Shown here: piece by piece, positions 15,301 to 27,522 of the stretch
Layout of the letters: each line of letters begins with the position of its first letter
Position numbering within the stretch: position 1 is the first letter of the stretch
Assembly (NCBI RefSeq): GCF_964355755.1
Contig: NC_092672.1
Coordinates: 12,772,001 to 12,836,000, forward strand
Length of the DNA stretch: 64,000 nt
DNA from: Antedon mediterranea
Lineage: Eukaryota; Animalia; Echinodermata
Reading direction: 5' to 3'
Translations under genes and position numbers: made by a program
Notes under the pieces: generated by a model
The model's database searches: none
Seen by the model: the letters and a program-made list of their open reading frames with translations, nothing else
Told to the model about the DNA's origin: nothing

Positions 15301-15577
15301 TATAACTGGGGAACGATGGTTCTATGTTGTTGATGAGCCCATTTTCACTGGTTGGTCGAAATAATTATTATATTTGGTAAATCAAATCATTTTTGGATAC
15401 ATATTTACATAGACTTCAATGTTAAGGTAAACCGCAAGGATACAAAAACAGTTGTTGGATACAAGAACAGTTGTTGGATATTATAATGAACTTACACTTT
15501 CAGATATCAAGACATCATAGGCCTACAGCTTATGTGATTGGATGTAACTGAAAAAATTATAAGGAAAAGGCTTTGCC

Positions 15578-16918
15578 ATGGCAACAGTTGTCTACACCGA
15601 TATGAATGTCATTGCTATCTTAGTTTTATTGATAACTATTGTAAAATCATCTACACTTAACATTAATGTTCCGTCATATGTGGCAGTTTTTGAAACAAAT
15701 ACTGTGGAGTTACTGTGTAAAGTAAAATTTATGTCAGATGGACAACACATTGTTTGGTACCGCGATAACATAAAAATTGACCCAAACAATAAACAGGATA
15801 GGTATAAAATACAGGAAGGTACGTATAAAGAAAATGCGCAGAATTATGATTTAGAAATATCAAATGTTAGTAGAAACGACAAAAATACTAAGTACACATG
15901 TCGCGTAATGGATGGCACCAAAGAGATGGAGAGGTCGACCGAGGCTAGCTTAGATATTATGAACGTTCCAGTTCCAACACACCCGTATTTCTACCCAATA
16001 TGTCAAAAGATTACAGCTGGGGTTACTGTAGGTGAACAATACAGAGTTAGTTGTGAAACGGAATATACAGAACCTCCGGTTCAATTAATACTACGAAAGG
16101 GCAACCAAGTGCTGTGTAATCGCACTGTGACAGAGGAAGACCAAGCGTGTAGTTACACAATTGATGTAAAGTTACAGGATGCCGATACGCAATTCACCTG
16201 TTCCCAAATTGGACCAAATGTTCAAGATTACCCACCAGGCGTGACCAATATATGTACCATAGGTAAATTGAACATTTTGCAGCCTCCAACTGTAGATATT
16301 AAGGGTGATACTTCGGCTACAAAGGGTAGAGAAGTGGTTTTAATCTGTGATCCAGAAGATGCAAAGTCATGTAAATGGAAGTTCGAGAAAAATAAGAACA
16401 TAAAAGCAAGCCAAGATAACACTGGAAATGCGTGTATATTACGACTAACATTATCTGAATCTTCTACCTTACCCTCATTAAACATCACATGTATTGCTAT
16501 GAATGCGATAGGTCGGAGTTCGTCCACAAAAACTATATACTTTGACGATTCAAAGACGACTGGACTACCAGTCGTTGATTGGACTGTAAATCCAAGTGTT
16601 AGAAGTCCGCTATGGACTGGGGTAATTATAGCAATTACTGGGTGTTTCGCTATTGTAATTGTATTAATTACAAGTGTTATTTTGTATTGTGGTTGGCGAC
16701 ATTTTCTCCCAGTGTATAGTCACACTGGTGTTCCAAGTCAAGATATATATTCTGAACAATATAATAGATCGCCATATCGGATGGAAAGCGTTCAAAAGTG
16801 CATTGGCATACAAGTGTCCGATGAAGCAGGTGAATGTACCGATGATGTTGAAAAAAAGTTAACTATAGAGCCCACTAAACGTGATGAACAGCATTACTCG
16901 CACATATGCTCGCCCTGA
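15578..16918 (+). CDS. Type I membrane immunoglobulin-superfamily protein, 446 aa (signal peptide, 3 Ig-like domains, TM, Tyr-motif cytoplasmic tail); uninterrupted CDS
   Basis: Kozak GCCATGG; hydrophobic signal (VIAILVLLITIVKS). Ig motifs VELLC...IVWYR...YDLEISNV..D...YTC, then VSC...DADTQFTC, then VVLIC...CKW...LNITCIAMN. TM VIIAITGCFAIVIVLITSVILY. Candidate 5'UTR intron from GTAAGG at 14991 to TTTCAG at 15503. Confidence 0.9.
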   Translation: MATVVYTDMNVIAILVLLITIVKSSTLNINVPSYVAVFETNTVELLCKVKFMSDGQHIVWYRDNIKIDPNNKQDRYKIQEGTYKENAQNYDLEISNVSRNDKNTKYTCRVMDGTKEMERSTEASLDIMNVPVPTHPYFYPICQKITAGVTVGEQYRVSCETEYTEPPVQLILRKGNQVLCNRTVTEEDQACSYTIDVKLQDADTQFTCSQIGPNVQDYPPGVTNICTIGKLNILQPPTVDIKGDTSATKGREVVLICDPEDAKSCKWKFEKNKNIKASQDNTGNACILRLTLSESSTLPSLNITCIAMNAIGRSSSTKTIYFDDSKTTGLPVVDWTVNPSVRSPLWTGVIIAITGCFAIVIVLITSVILYCGWRHFLPVYSHTGVPSQDIYSEQYNRSPYRMESVQKCIGIQVSDEAGECTDDVEKKLTIEPTKRDEQHYSHICSP

Positions 16919-19069
16919 ATTTTAAAATAACGCCAATATAATGTACCGTATAATAATATGGTGGCATGACAATATAAAATAATAATGTAGGCCTGTTTCA
17001 TAAGTCACATCATTTGAAAAACACAATTGTGTCATTCATTGTTTCATACTTAAACAATGGTACTGTTTTTTTTTAAATAATTGTAAATATTATACTGTAA
17101 CTTAATTAATACTAATGTTATTGTGATTGATTCGATGTGCATCTTTACATGCACATTACAGTATTTACTTATGTAACATAAGCAGCTTCTATACCGTACC
17201 ATAGTACTAAATCATGCAAAATACAATATTCCACTTGAAACTGTGAAATTTAATATTTTAATGGATAGTTTAGTATCTCCAAAATAAATGAATTTAATGC
17301 ATCATGTCGTATATCATTAATGATTACATTTTTTACAGTTTTATTTAAATCTAAAACAATATGTCAACGTAAGTTACAATCAGCATAATGGAATGTTAAC
17401 ATTACAAGTTCACAGTTCAAATCAAAAAAAATATTCGTTTTAAAATAAATTATGTTATGTGCGAACTTAGTCCTAAAAATAAAGACTGATTTTGAATAAA
17501 ACATTTGCGTTTCTTTTTGATATTTAAATACCAGGACAGAAATTGTTGTTTTATGCATTTGTTTTGAATATCGATGGTCGTTTATATAACATCATTTGTG
17601 TCGTCAGTAAATTCATTTTAGCATTTTGAAAGTGACAGTCACATCAAATACAAGGTAGTTCCGTGACACCTATCGCGTTTACCAAAATAAATAACATTAA
17701 CAGAACGGTTTTTTTATATTATAGATTAATATAACAAAGACAAATGTACAGTACATTAAACATTCTGTAGGAATGGTGTTGAAACACATGGTTGGTAAAA
17801 TAAGTTAAGACCAAATTACTAATGTCAGAATTGCAAATTATATGAGTTGATGGTATTCATTTTAACAACAATATTATTTCATCATAATTAGATAACCAAC
17901 TTCCATCAGTATTTACTCTGCATTTTTGTCAAATGTTTTAAAAAATGACAGTTTTTATAATAACTATTGACTGTATTCTTTATTCGGTATTAGCCACAAC
18001 CTTAATCATATAGTTGCCATCATCACCATCGTCGTCGACGACAACAACATCGACAGCAACAACAACGTATTTATGTATATCATTGATAACTGACTGCATG
18101 TCAAATACTGTAATTATCAAAATCATCGACAATCATTCCGTTGTTTCAATCACCATTATCGTATATTGGTGTACATGCAGTACATATTTTAGATTATCCA
18201 CAAAGATGACGTAGATCCACCGTACATCATAACGAGATGTTTATACTTATTCTGGAAACCAATATCCCATTAATCGCCAAGAATGCAGTATTCTTTCTTA
18301 GATATGGTGTTTAATAGACACTTAACAAAGACTGTGGTAATAACAGTAAACGCCTGCAGTAATATATGACTTTTACCACGCTTCATCATTACGATAACTG
18401 CTTGTTATCCTTTTTCAAAAAATCTTTTAACCGTTTCTTCTATCGTTTAACCATTGTTCCGACTCAAAATATTTCTCATTTATTCAGATAATTTATAACA
18501 TAAATGCGTTGCATGTTTTTAAACATGTATTTTCAAATTTTGAGACTAGAACTATTCCTTAAATGAGTGGAGTTGCTATAATTATTCTATACAATTACTC
18601 AATTTGGAACAAATTCCCATTAATTAATATAACATTAATATTGTATTTTAGGCTCCATTGGTCTCTTACTGAACTGAATAGAGCAAATGTTTTATAAAAT
18701 CTATAAACCGTAATCGAGAGTTTGAAACTAAAGATGACATGTTAAACATGTTCAATCCTTAAGATTAATAATTGATTTTACTACTATAATATTTATTGAC
18801 ATACACCTTATTTACATCACTGACACTTAATACTATAAGAAAGGTGCGTTTAAACATGAGGATATTAGCATGATACCAATAATACATTTCTACCAATGTG
18901 TACAATTTTTTTTAAACAGTTCCCTTTCATTAAAGACGCAGGCAAAACATTTCTAAACAACCCAATTAGATATACTGAAAAAAAAACCTGACCAATTTAC
19001 GTTTTATCCGGGGTGATATCTGTTGCACATTTTTAATTGTACATTTAGCCTAACCAAATGTAAATGTAA

Positions 19070-19115
19070 ATAAAGTTTGCAAAATATTATTTAATAATAT
19101 TTTGCAAACTTTATG
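19070..19115. repeat. Perfect 22-bp-arm palindrome (ATAAAGTTTGCAAAATATTATT-T-AATAATATTTTGCAAACTTTAT)
   Basis: Read directly from the sequence. Confidence 0.85.
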
Positions 19116-22100
19116 TCTGAGCTTAAAGTATTATGTGGTGTGTTTGCTTGATTTTTAGTCAAGGTATGGCTTGGTACATCTGTTTAGTAAATTGAAATGT
19201 ACTTTAGCTAACATTTCTATTTACATTTATCTATTCATGAATTACGGTACCGTATGGCCGAATGCAGCCAAATTAAACAAATAAAATACACCTAATATGC
19301 TTACATACATAACTTCGAGGACAAAAAAAATCAGGGCAACAACACTACCAGACGAATTATAGGTGGCAACGCGCACATTTTAAAATGTACTGTATTTACA
19401 TTAACACATTATGTAAACGAATGTTTCCTTTATACGATTCCAAGAACATCAGAGACAGAAAGTTACTTACAAATAAAGCCTATTAGTTAATGATCATGGA
19501 TGATGAGCAGATCAAACTATTACCAATGAGAAATAGTACAGTGAAATATATTATCTCCAATTATACGAAAAACCTGTTTTAAATCATGTTAGGATTCATC
19601 GGTGCGGAAAAAAACATCGTCATAGATGGCTTGTTTATATTCCAAGAGCATACTGCATAAATTCAAAAGCTAATTTACTGATGTTTATGCATCCTAAAAA
19701 CCCATACTCAGTTTGTGAATAAAATTCGATAAACATTTAGTATGAGAGATAGTTTACAAACGTAAGCGTTTCTACAAATTTGTAGAAATGAACAGTCTGA
19801 ACTTTTGGTAGTTCTGAAAGGTGACAAAAGTGCTGTTCGTCCGATCTGATTCATTTGCGCTATAAAAGAGATCGTGCGAACTAAAAGAAAAATGGCACAT
19901 TTGTTTCCCATGAGAAAGCACGCATGTCAAAAACACTTAACAGAACTCACTTTAACATTTATATTATTCATTCTTTGCACATGGATGACCGTATAAGATG
20001 TATTAGTATATATACATGCTGTGCACAAGAAACAATATGCTAACATAATGTTTATATCACGAACTTGTGTAAAAACAATCAATTTGATTGAACGAGTTGT
20101 GCTGTATACACCAGTCTCGTGAATAAATAAAGTTTATTTGTATAAATAATACAATAGACACTCGAACTTAACTTAACGCATAAACGAACGTAAAAATCAA
20201 ATGTGCGTATTGCCTTCATCTACGAAGTTATGTTTGTTATGTTTGTTCAATAGTGAACATCCCCGAGACGACACTTTTTATAAGAATCCTGTCAAACTTT
20301 AAGGGACAAGGTCAAAAGTAAAAATGAATTATTTTAGAAAAAAGGTTACATTCACTTGTTATACTGCAGTTAAGCCTAATCTAAACCTACAAAGCATATT
20401 TTCCGGGAGAGTATAATTGTGTAGGAAATTTAATCAAACCGTAGGTAGAATTATGCAGTCTTAGAGTGTCCTCTACTATTATCAGATGTCGGTATTCATT
20501 AAAATACACTAACATGTGTTGGTTTATTTGGTTGAACGACCAAAAGACGATATTTGTGATTGACTTTCACGAACATTTATTTATAAAAAAAAGTTAACGC
20601 ACACAAAATAACAATTGAAGGACATCCGATGCGAAAATTAAATCATAAATTAATAGTATCTGTCTATCCCACGTTTAACAGAATGAATAAGTGTTGTCAA
20701 GACAATCATTATTTAGACACATCGATAATCGGCTATCGCGGCCTCCCTCATTTTCAAGTACGGTAGCCTTTGACATTGGATGATGGAAGTGGTGGACTAA
20801 ACTATTAAATATATTAATTTGATATTCAATCTTTCAACTTTCAACTATTATCCCCGTTGAACTTTCCTTCATTTATGAAATATAGTATTTTATATTTATT
20901 TGTATAATAATATTGTACATTGGTGCCTCAAATCCTGACATAAAATCGTAAAAGATACACACGGCACAACCCTAATTGATGAAATCAAATAAAACGTAGT
21001 ACGTCGGTGTCTTTAGGAAGATTGTATGAGTAATGTTCAAATGACATTTTGAATATAACACATAACAATGGATTAGTATTCATGCACGAGTTCGTTCGTA
21101 GAAATGACGTAGGCCTTTTTCAAATAACACATGTTATATGTACTTAAGTTACCTTAATCTTAAATATTGGGTTTGAGTACTATATTCAAAATATTACATC
21201 GAAAATACTTAAATGATGGAATCATAGATAGAGTAATGGACACGATTCATAGGCGTATATGAAATGTGTTAATGACATCGACCTTTTCATATAGAAAAAG
21301 ACCTAAATGAGTTTTTTATTTATATGACTTATTCTTTCAAAAACATTTATAAGTCTTACCAAAGGCACATACTTGAATAAGAACAATTGTTTTAGTATTG
21401 TATTGAAACTCCATTAAATCATGGCAGAGTTTTTACCTAAAAAAAGTAGAAAAACCATCCAAATAATATAATACAAACCTCGAGATAGATACACAAGACA
21501 CATACACAATGTCACAAACCACCCGATTCTGCTACTGTCCACAGGTGCTATCTGTAAAACTACAGCAAGTTATACACGTTGCTGTCTGCTATAAATGCTG
21601 TACTTTCAACACACGGTACACTGTCTGTAGCACAGTGTGTGTTGACAATTTACAATGATGTACAACCATAGGCAGGTTTTCGTACTGCCATGCAAGAATG
21701 GATAGGTGTTTTCCGCCGCTTTTAGGCCTTCTAGTAAATTATTGTTATTATTATACGAATTACGTAATTAGTCTAGTAGCTCATCTACCTTTTTAGCAGG
21801 GCATAATGAATATTGTAGCTAGGCTAGGCCCACTAGTCTAGCGGGAAATCAACAAATTATTTTGTTGGATACGAGTTTAGGGTAGGAAGTTAAGTACGAG
21901 TTGGCATGGGTACGAGTCGACCAGGGGTGAATCGACCAGAGTACACCCGGCCGCCCTACTAGAGCATAGGCTACAGGCCTGCAGGAATGGGAAATCTGTC
22001 CTAGCTATAGGCATAGGCCTACATTGGGACGCCCAAAAAAGCCATCCTATGAGCATAAAAGGGCCTCGTAGAGCCAGACATGTTAACATATACTACACAG

Positions 22101-22593
22101 TACTAGTACGTCTACCATTTATTATAGTTCCATGGTACTACGGATCACTACTATCTAGGTCTAGTAGGCTAGGGTAGGGTTCCAGTAATTTCGGTCACGT
22201 TTTTTCAGGAGGGCATGTGAGAGGTGAGGTAGGTTAGCCCAGCTAGGCTAAACTAACATGTAAGTAGTATTCTACCATGGGATGGGAACGAGTCGGCATG
22301 GGGGTACGGGTTGATCTTTATCCGTATTCTAGGGTGCTGGTCAATCCGTAACGTACCCATGTCAACTCGTACCAAACTTGGCTAACTCGTACCCAAATAA
22401 TTGGTCAACTCGTACCAATAGCTTTATAGCTTTATTGATAGCTGGGTTCAAATCTAGGTTGGGACGGTTTTTTCTCATTCTAAAACAGATTTCCTTATAA
22501 TAATAAATAATATCGACCTATGAATTTAACTGTAATATTGTATTGTATACATAATATTAGTAGTAATAATAATATTAATAATAACACTACTAC

Positions 22594-22607
22594 TAATAAT
22601 AATAATA

Positions 22608-22638
<31 letters not shown>

Positions 22639-22890
22639 TTAGGTATTTGTATAGCGCCAGAATCAACTAAACCGAAGTAAAAATCAAAGGCGCTTATATT
22701 ATTTGATGTTAAAAAGATGCGTTTTAAGTTCTTTTTTAAAAATAGCAATAGAAGTTGAATGAGTAAAATGACGAGGGAGAGAATTCCAAAGAGAAGCAAC
22801 AAAGAACATAAAAGACCTTTGTCCATAAGATTTGGTGTTAATTCTGGGAACAAGTAGTAGGTTTTGATCAGCCGAACGAAGACAAGCAAT
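22594..22890 (-). mobile_element. L2-group LINE 3' end with (ATT)n tail
   Basis: The minus strand encodes YGQRSFMFFVASLWNSLPRHF...FKKELKTHLF (typical L2 ORF2 C-terminus), followed by GGCGCTATACAAAT and an (ATT)n tail. Confidence 0.85.
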
Positions 22891-23413
22891 GTAATTGATG
22901 TTATGTTTTCTTAGTACTATTATTATTGTAGGTCTACTGTACTTCCTTATCGGTATAACAATAGGCCTATACTCATCAGAACTTGTTTCATTTTTCTTTT
23001 AATTAAGCTGCGCCTTTTTCTGCGAATTACTAGTATTTATAAAACAAAATTAATCAGTAAATATTATTGAACTTTTAAAGCTGCCTTATATAAAGCTGTA
23101 AAACAAATAATATTTGGAGCATAAATTTGTTTCATTTTGTTCTTTTACAATTACCACACTTCCGATTTACCGGTACTAGAAAGATTTGTTTATTGGAGAA
23201 AAGATCGGTAACAATGAGAGGCCTGTTATTGTACTTTGTATAACTTCCTTATATTATTCATATTGGAGCAATAATACACTGTGCTATTTAAAGATAGAAA
23301 ACAAGCACTACCTGTTTCTGTATCACTGTTTGTTATTCACGATTGCATTATTTGTGCTATTTAAAACTTAAAGAGAAAACAAGCACCGCCAGTTTGAAGT
23401 ATCACTGTTTGTT

Positions 23414-23432
23414 CAGGGAGTTGAACTCCCTG
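23414..23432. mobile_element. 19-bp inverted-repeat scar CAGGGAGTTGAACTCCCTG with 7-bp TSD GTTTGTT
   Basis: TSD at 23407-23413 and 23433-23439. The adjacent paralogous repeat (23321-23346) shows the empty site with a single GTTTGTT. Confidence 0.85.
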
Positions 23433-24777
23433 GTTTGTTATTCACGATTGCATTATTTTTCTCAAGGTGTGTAAAGCAGAACAATGAATGCTTGCATTTA
23501 TCAAACTTCCGTTTTGCTTGTAAGCCTACCAGATCAATTTATTTGTTACGATAAAATATCGTTAACAATGTTCTTGTACTTTTTATAACTTTATGTTTAT
23601 GAGTATTGTTACTAGCAAGAATACATTGTGGTTTATATAAGTTTAAGATAGAAAAACCAGCACTACAAATTGTTGATATTGCAGCTGTATAGCAAGAATC
23701 AATCACAACTGGATACTAGTTTTAATGTACAAGATAAATGTATTTAAAAAAACTGTATTAAATATAATTTTACTTGCTTGTAACTAGGCCTAAGATAGCC
23801 CTGCATCTATAAATACTTTGTTTAAACAGTAGGCCTAGGCTGTATATGGTCATTGAGGCAGTGTCATTTTAATTATTTTAGGGTTTTGGATAAAATTATT
23901 TTTTCAAATTAAAATAGGTCTTTTTTTAACTTTAATAAATAATGATTATGTACTAGGCCATTAATTCATGCACCTGATGAAGTGAGATTACACACATAGC
24001 ATATAATTTGGCACATTTTATACCATTTAAAACACTGAATTAATTGAGCTATGGATTTTTGTATGAATTCATTTTACATACTGTATGTCTTTTCCAGTAT
24101 GTAACATAAATAAGTAGTAGCGCCTAGCTTATTATTTGAATACCACAGTATCTATCAATTTCATTTGTTTAAAATGTAGCGTATGGAATTATGCACCTAG
24201 GCCTACCTGGTGAAATATATAATAATATATTATTTTATAAATACTAAGCATCTTTTTAATAACAATTAATAATAGGCCTATCAGGCTATGTTGTTAAAGG
24301 GTGTCTTTGTGGGTATTCCAAGCCTCTCAAAAGATGACCGAAGTAAACACCCAACTTTTATTTTATATTTGGAAAGAGTATACTAAGCTACTAGATACAG
24401 TAGGCACATAGATACAGTTCATCACATACAGTATCAATCAATCAAATTCAGTACTCACAACATTATGAACTTCATGTCATATAGACCTAGGTAGGCCTAT
24501 TCTATGAGAATTAACAACTCCCTGGGTAGGCTAGTCCTACTACTGTAGGCCCTAGCCTATTCACTATAATAGTATAGGCCTAGGCCTACTAGTATTAATC
24601 TAATGTCCGATTGTGTGTCACCATAATTATTAAAAAAATATACAAAGATTCACAATCATAGTTGGATAATAATTTAACCATATTATAGAGAAAATAAATA
24701 ACATAAAATGCCTAGGCCTAGGCTAGGCCTAGTTAGAACGGTTAAACCTGATCGTCCGTGGAGCTGATGGTCTAGGC

Positions 24778-26821
24778 CGGGTAGTAACAAAGTGCGAGGC
24801 AGCGAGGCACGCGAGGCAGGGAAGGCATGCGAGGCAAGTCAGAAATTTATGCGAGGCATCGTTTTACCATCATCAAAAAATGCGAGGCATCATTTTATTA
24901 TTTCTCAAAATTGCAAGGCAGGAAATCACCGAAATTGAAGTAGCCTAGGCCTAGGCCCGCTAGGCTAGTTTCCTTTTGCACCTGCCTTGTATTTTAACCA
25001 ACTTTATCCTGAATACCACAGCTTAGAATTAGTAGGCCTACTTTAATGAAGAAAAATCACATAAAAGTAACAATAAATCCATTAAATTGCTGATTTTACA
25101 GACGTTGTTTTTCTCGCATTTCGCACACTCAATGTTCAATATTTTGGTTTCTATGGAACGCCAAAAGAGCAAAATTAATTAGAGGGCTAAAAACTCTGTG
25201 GAATCCATTTATATTTAACGCATTATTTGGTGAAAATCAAGTACAATTTCAATAGATTTTGTCACTGTCAGTAAGGAAAAATGTTACTGTTCACCGGTGT
25301 ACTGTTGATAATGTACACGGTTTCGGTAACCTTTTAAAGAATAAAATAGAAAAATTCATCATAATATCCTTAGTAGGATGTCCTAGGTCTAGACTAGGTA
25401 GTGATGTTGATTTAGGATCGATTATTATTCTTTGAAAACAGAACAGTATCAGCAGTAACATATTACAGCATTTTTATTGACAAATTAACAAATATATTGA
25501 AATAAAACGTGTTTTTCACCAATAAATGCATGAGAAATTGACGCATTCCACTGAGTTTTAGTCCTCTATTATTGTTGCTCTTTTGGCGCTCCATAGAAAC
25601 AAAAATATTGAACATTGAATAAGTGAAATTCGCGAACAGTGTGCGAGAAACACGCCTGTAAAATCATTAATTTAAGGATTTATTTGTTACTTTTTATGTG
25701 ATTCTTTCATTAAAGTACGCATGAGGTATACTTCTAAGGTGTGGTATTCACACGATAAAGTTAGTTATCAAATTTGGAGTAAAAATACAAGCGAAGGAAA
25801 CTAGCGCCAGGTTTATTAGTACGTACATGGACAACAATAAATAAAAATCGTTCGTAATATACCTAGCTTACTAAAACAGGAATAGTGTATCATTATTAAA
25901 TATTACACCAATTATTATTATATCAAAATTGATTACATTATTTTCTACATAGGCCTCTTATCTAGGTTAGGGCTAAGCATATTAGAAAGTTTAATTTTAG
26001 GCCTAGTATTACAATTGTCGGACGTAAGTCTTTTTTCACACGCGCTCCAGAATTCTGTCGCAATTTTTTTCTTTGCGGCATGTTATTGGATCGCCATATC
26101 AGTTACCTTTTATTCACCGCCAGTTATTGAACTTGTCCTGGAAATCGCTGTTCACCTTATTTGCGAGAGAGGTACACGTGTTGTTCCTAGAGAATGGAAT
26201 GTCAAAAATGTCTTTGGCACGCCGCTCAGAGAGAAGTCTGTGCGTTGCTGCTAAAACCACGTGCTATAGGAGGGGAATGCACCACACTCCTCTGAGCTGA
26301 GGGCTGAATCATTCCGCTACCTGCTAAATAGTACAAATCTCTCGGGTCTACCGGATCTAGGCGCAGGGGTGTGACAAAATATTAGTTTCACTCTGCTATG
26401 TTCGAGAGACATGTGAGTGAACACGCTCGAAATGCCAACAAACATTGCAGTCATTTGATGAGTGTGTCGCTATAACAATTATTGTTTATCGAAAGTTGAA
26501 GACTGTCGTTCAGATTTTTGAACCGTAGGTTGGGCACTTTTGTAAAAGTAAAATTTGACACGATATGACTTGAATGAAAAAACAATCGTTACATAAAAAT
26601 AAACAACATGATGAGTGTATACACGAATCTATTTAGATACGCTTGTATCGATTGATTATTAGGCCTATAATATAGCATAATAGCACGTTAAGATATGCCT
26701 CGCACCTTTTTGAAATTGTAAACTATATGCCACGCATGCCTCGCACTTTTGGAAATGATAAAATGATGCCTCGCACAAAGATTTGGCATGCCTCGCTTGC
26801 CTCGCACTTTGTCAACACTCG
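24778..26821. mobile_element. Non-autonomous DNA transposon (hAT- or P-like) with GCGAGGCA subterminal arrays, nested in the foldback element
   Basis: Imperfect TIR CGGGTAGTAACAAAGTGCGAGGCA / TGCCTCGCACTTTGTCAACACTCG; 7-8 bp TSD (G)TCTAGGC(C) on both sides. Confidence 0.8.
24965..25804. mobile_element. Long-TIR palindromic MITE nested in 24778-26821
   Basis: ~300-bp diverged inverted arms (CTAGTTTCCTT...AAGGAAACTAG; CTATGGAACGCCAAAAGAGCAA / TTGCTCTTTTGGCGCTCCATAG). Same family as ~43065-43670. Confidence 0.75.
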
Positions 26822-27522
26822 TCTAGGCCTAGGGCCTAGGGCCTAGGCCTAGGCCCGATCGAAATTCGTCCGTGAACGAGGCGAGCGAGTGCAATCACTT
26901 CCCTACTACCGTACGTATCGGCCTAGGCCTAGGTAGGCTAGGCATCTAGACCCTACTATCTAGCCTTAGCCTAGCTAGGCTAAACTGCCGGGAGGCGATG
27001 ATTTACAACACAGTTAATAATAAATTTGGTAAACTTTCTACACACAGTACACACCAAAATACAAACGTCACACACGCAGCACCCCTGAAAAATGTATTCA
27101 GGAGTGCAATTTGTATTTTTTGTATATGTTTTTAAGCAAAATTCTATACATAACCCTAATTGTTAATGTTCAATGTGATATTTATTGAAGTGCTTTGAAT
27201 ACGTTGATGAAATTTGGAGGTATGAAACTTTGTTTGGAGTAGAATGAGCTTCCAGCATCAAATGTTAAAAATATGTTTATATTACTCATTAATTAATAAT
27301 AATTATTAATAAATTAATAGAAAACTAGAGAGGGCGCTTTTCGACAAGGAAATGAATGTTTTTTTATGTGTGTTATTTTTCCGCTCGAATTCGTTCAATG
27401 TACTTTAATATACACTATTCCATACTATTTTATTGGGAAGCCTATTCGCTTCTTTTCTTCAGAAAACATCTAATTTAGGTCTTAAAGTCACAAAAATACA
27501 CCTCACATCACCAACCTCAAAC

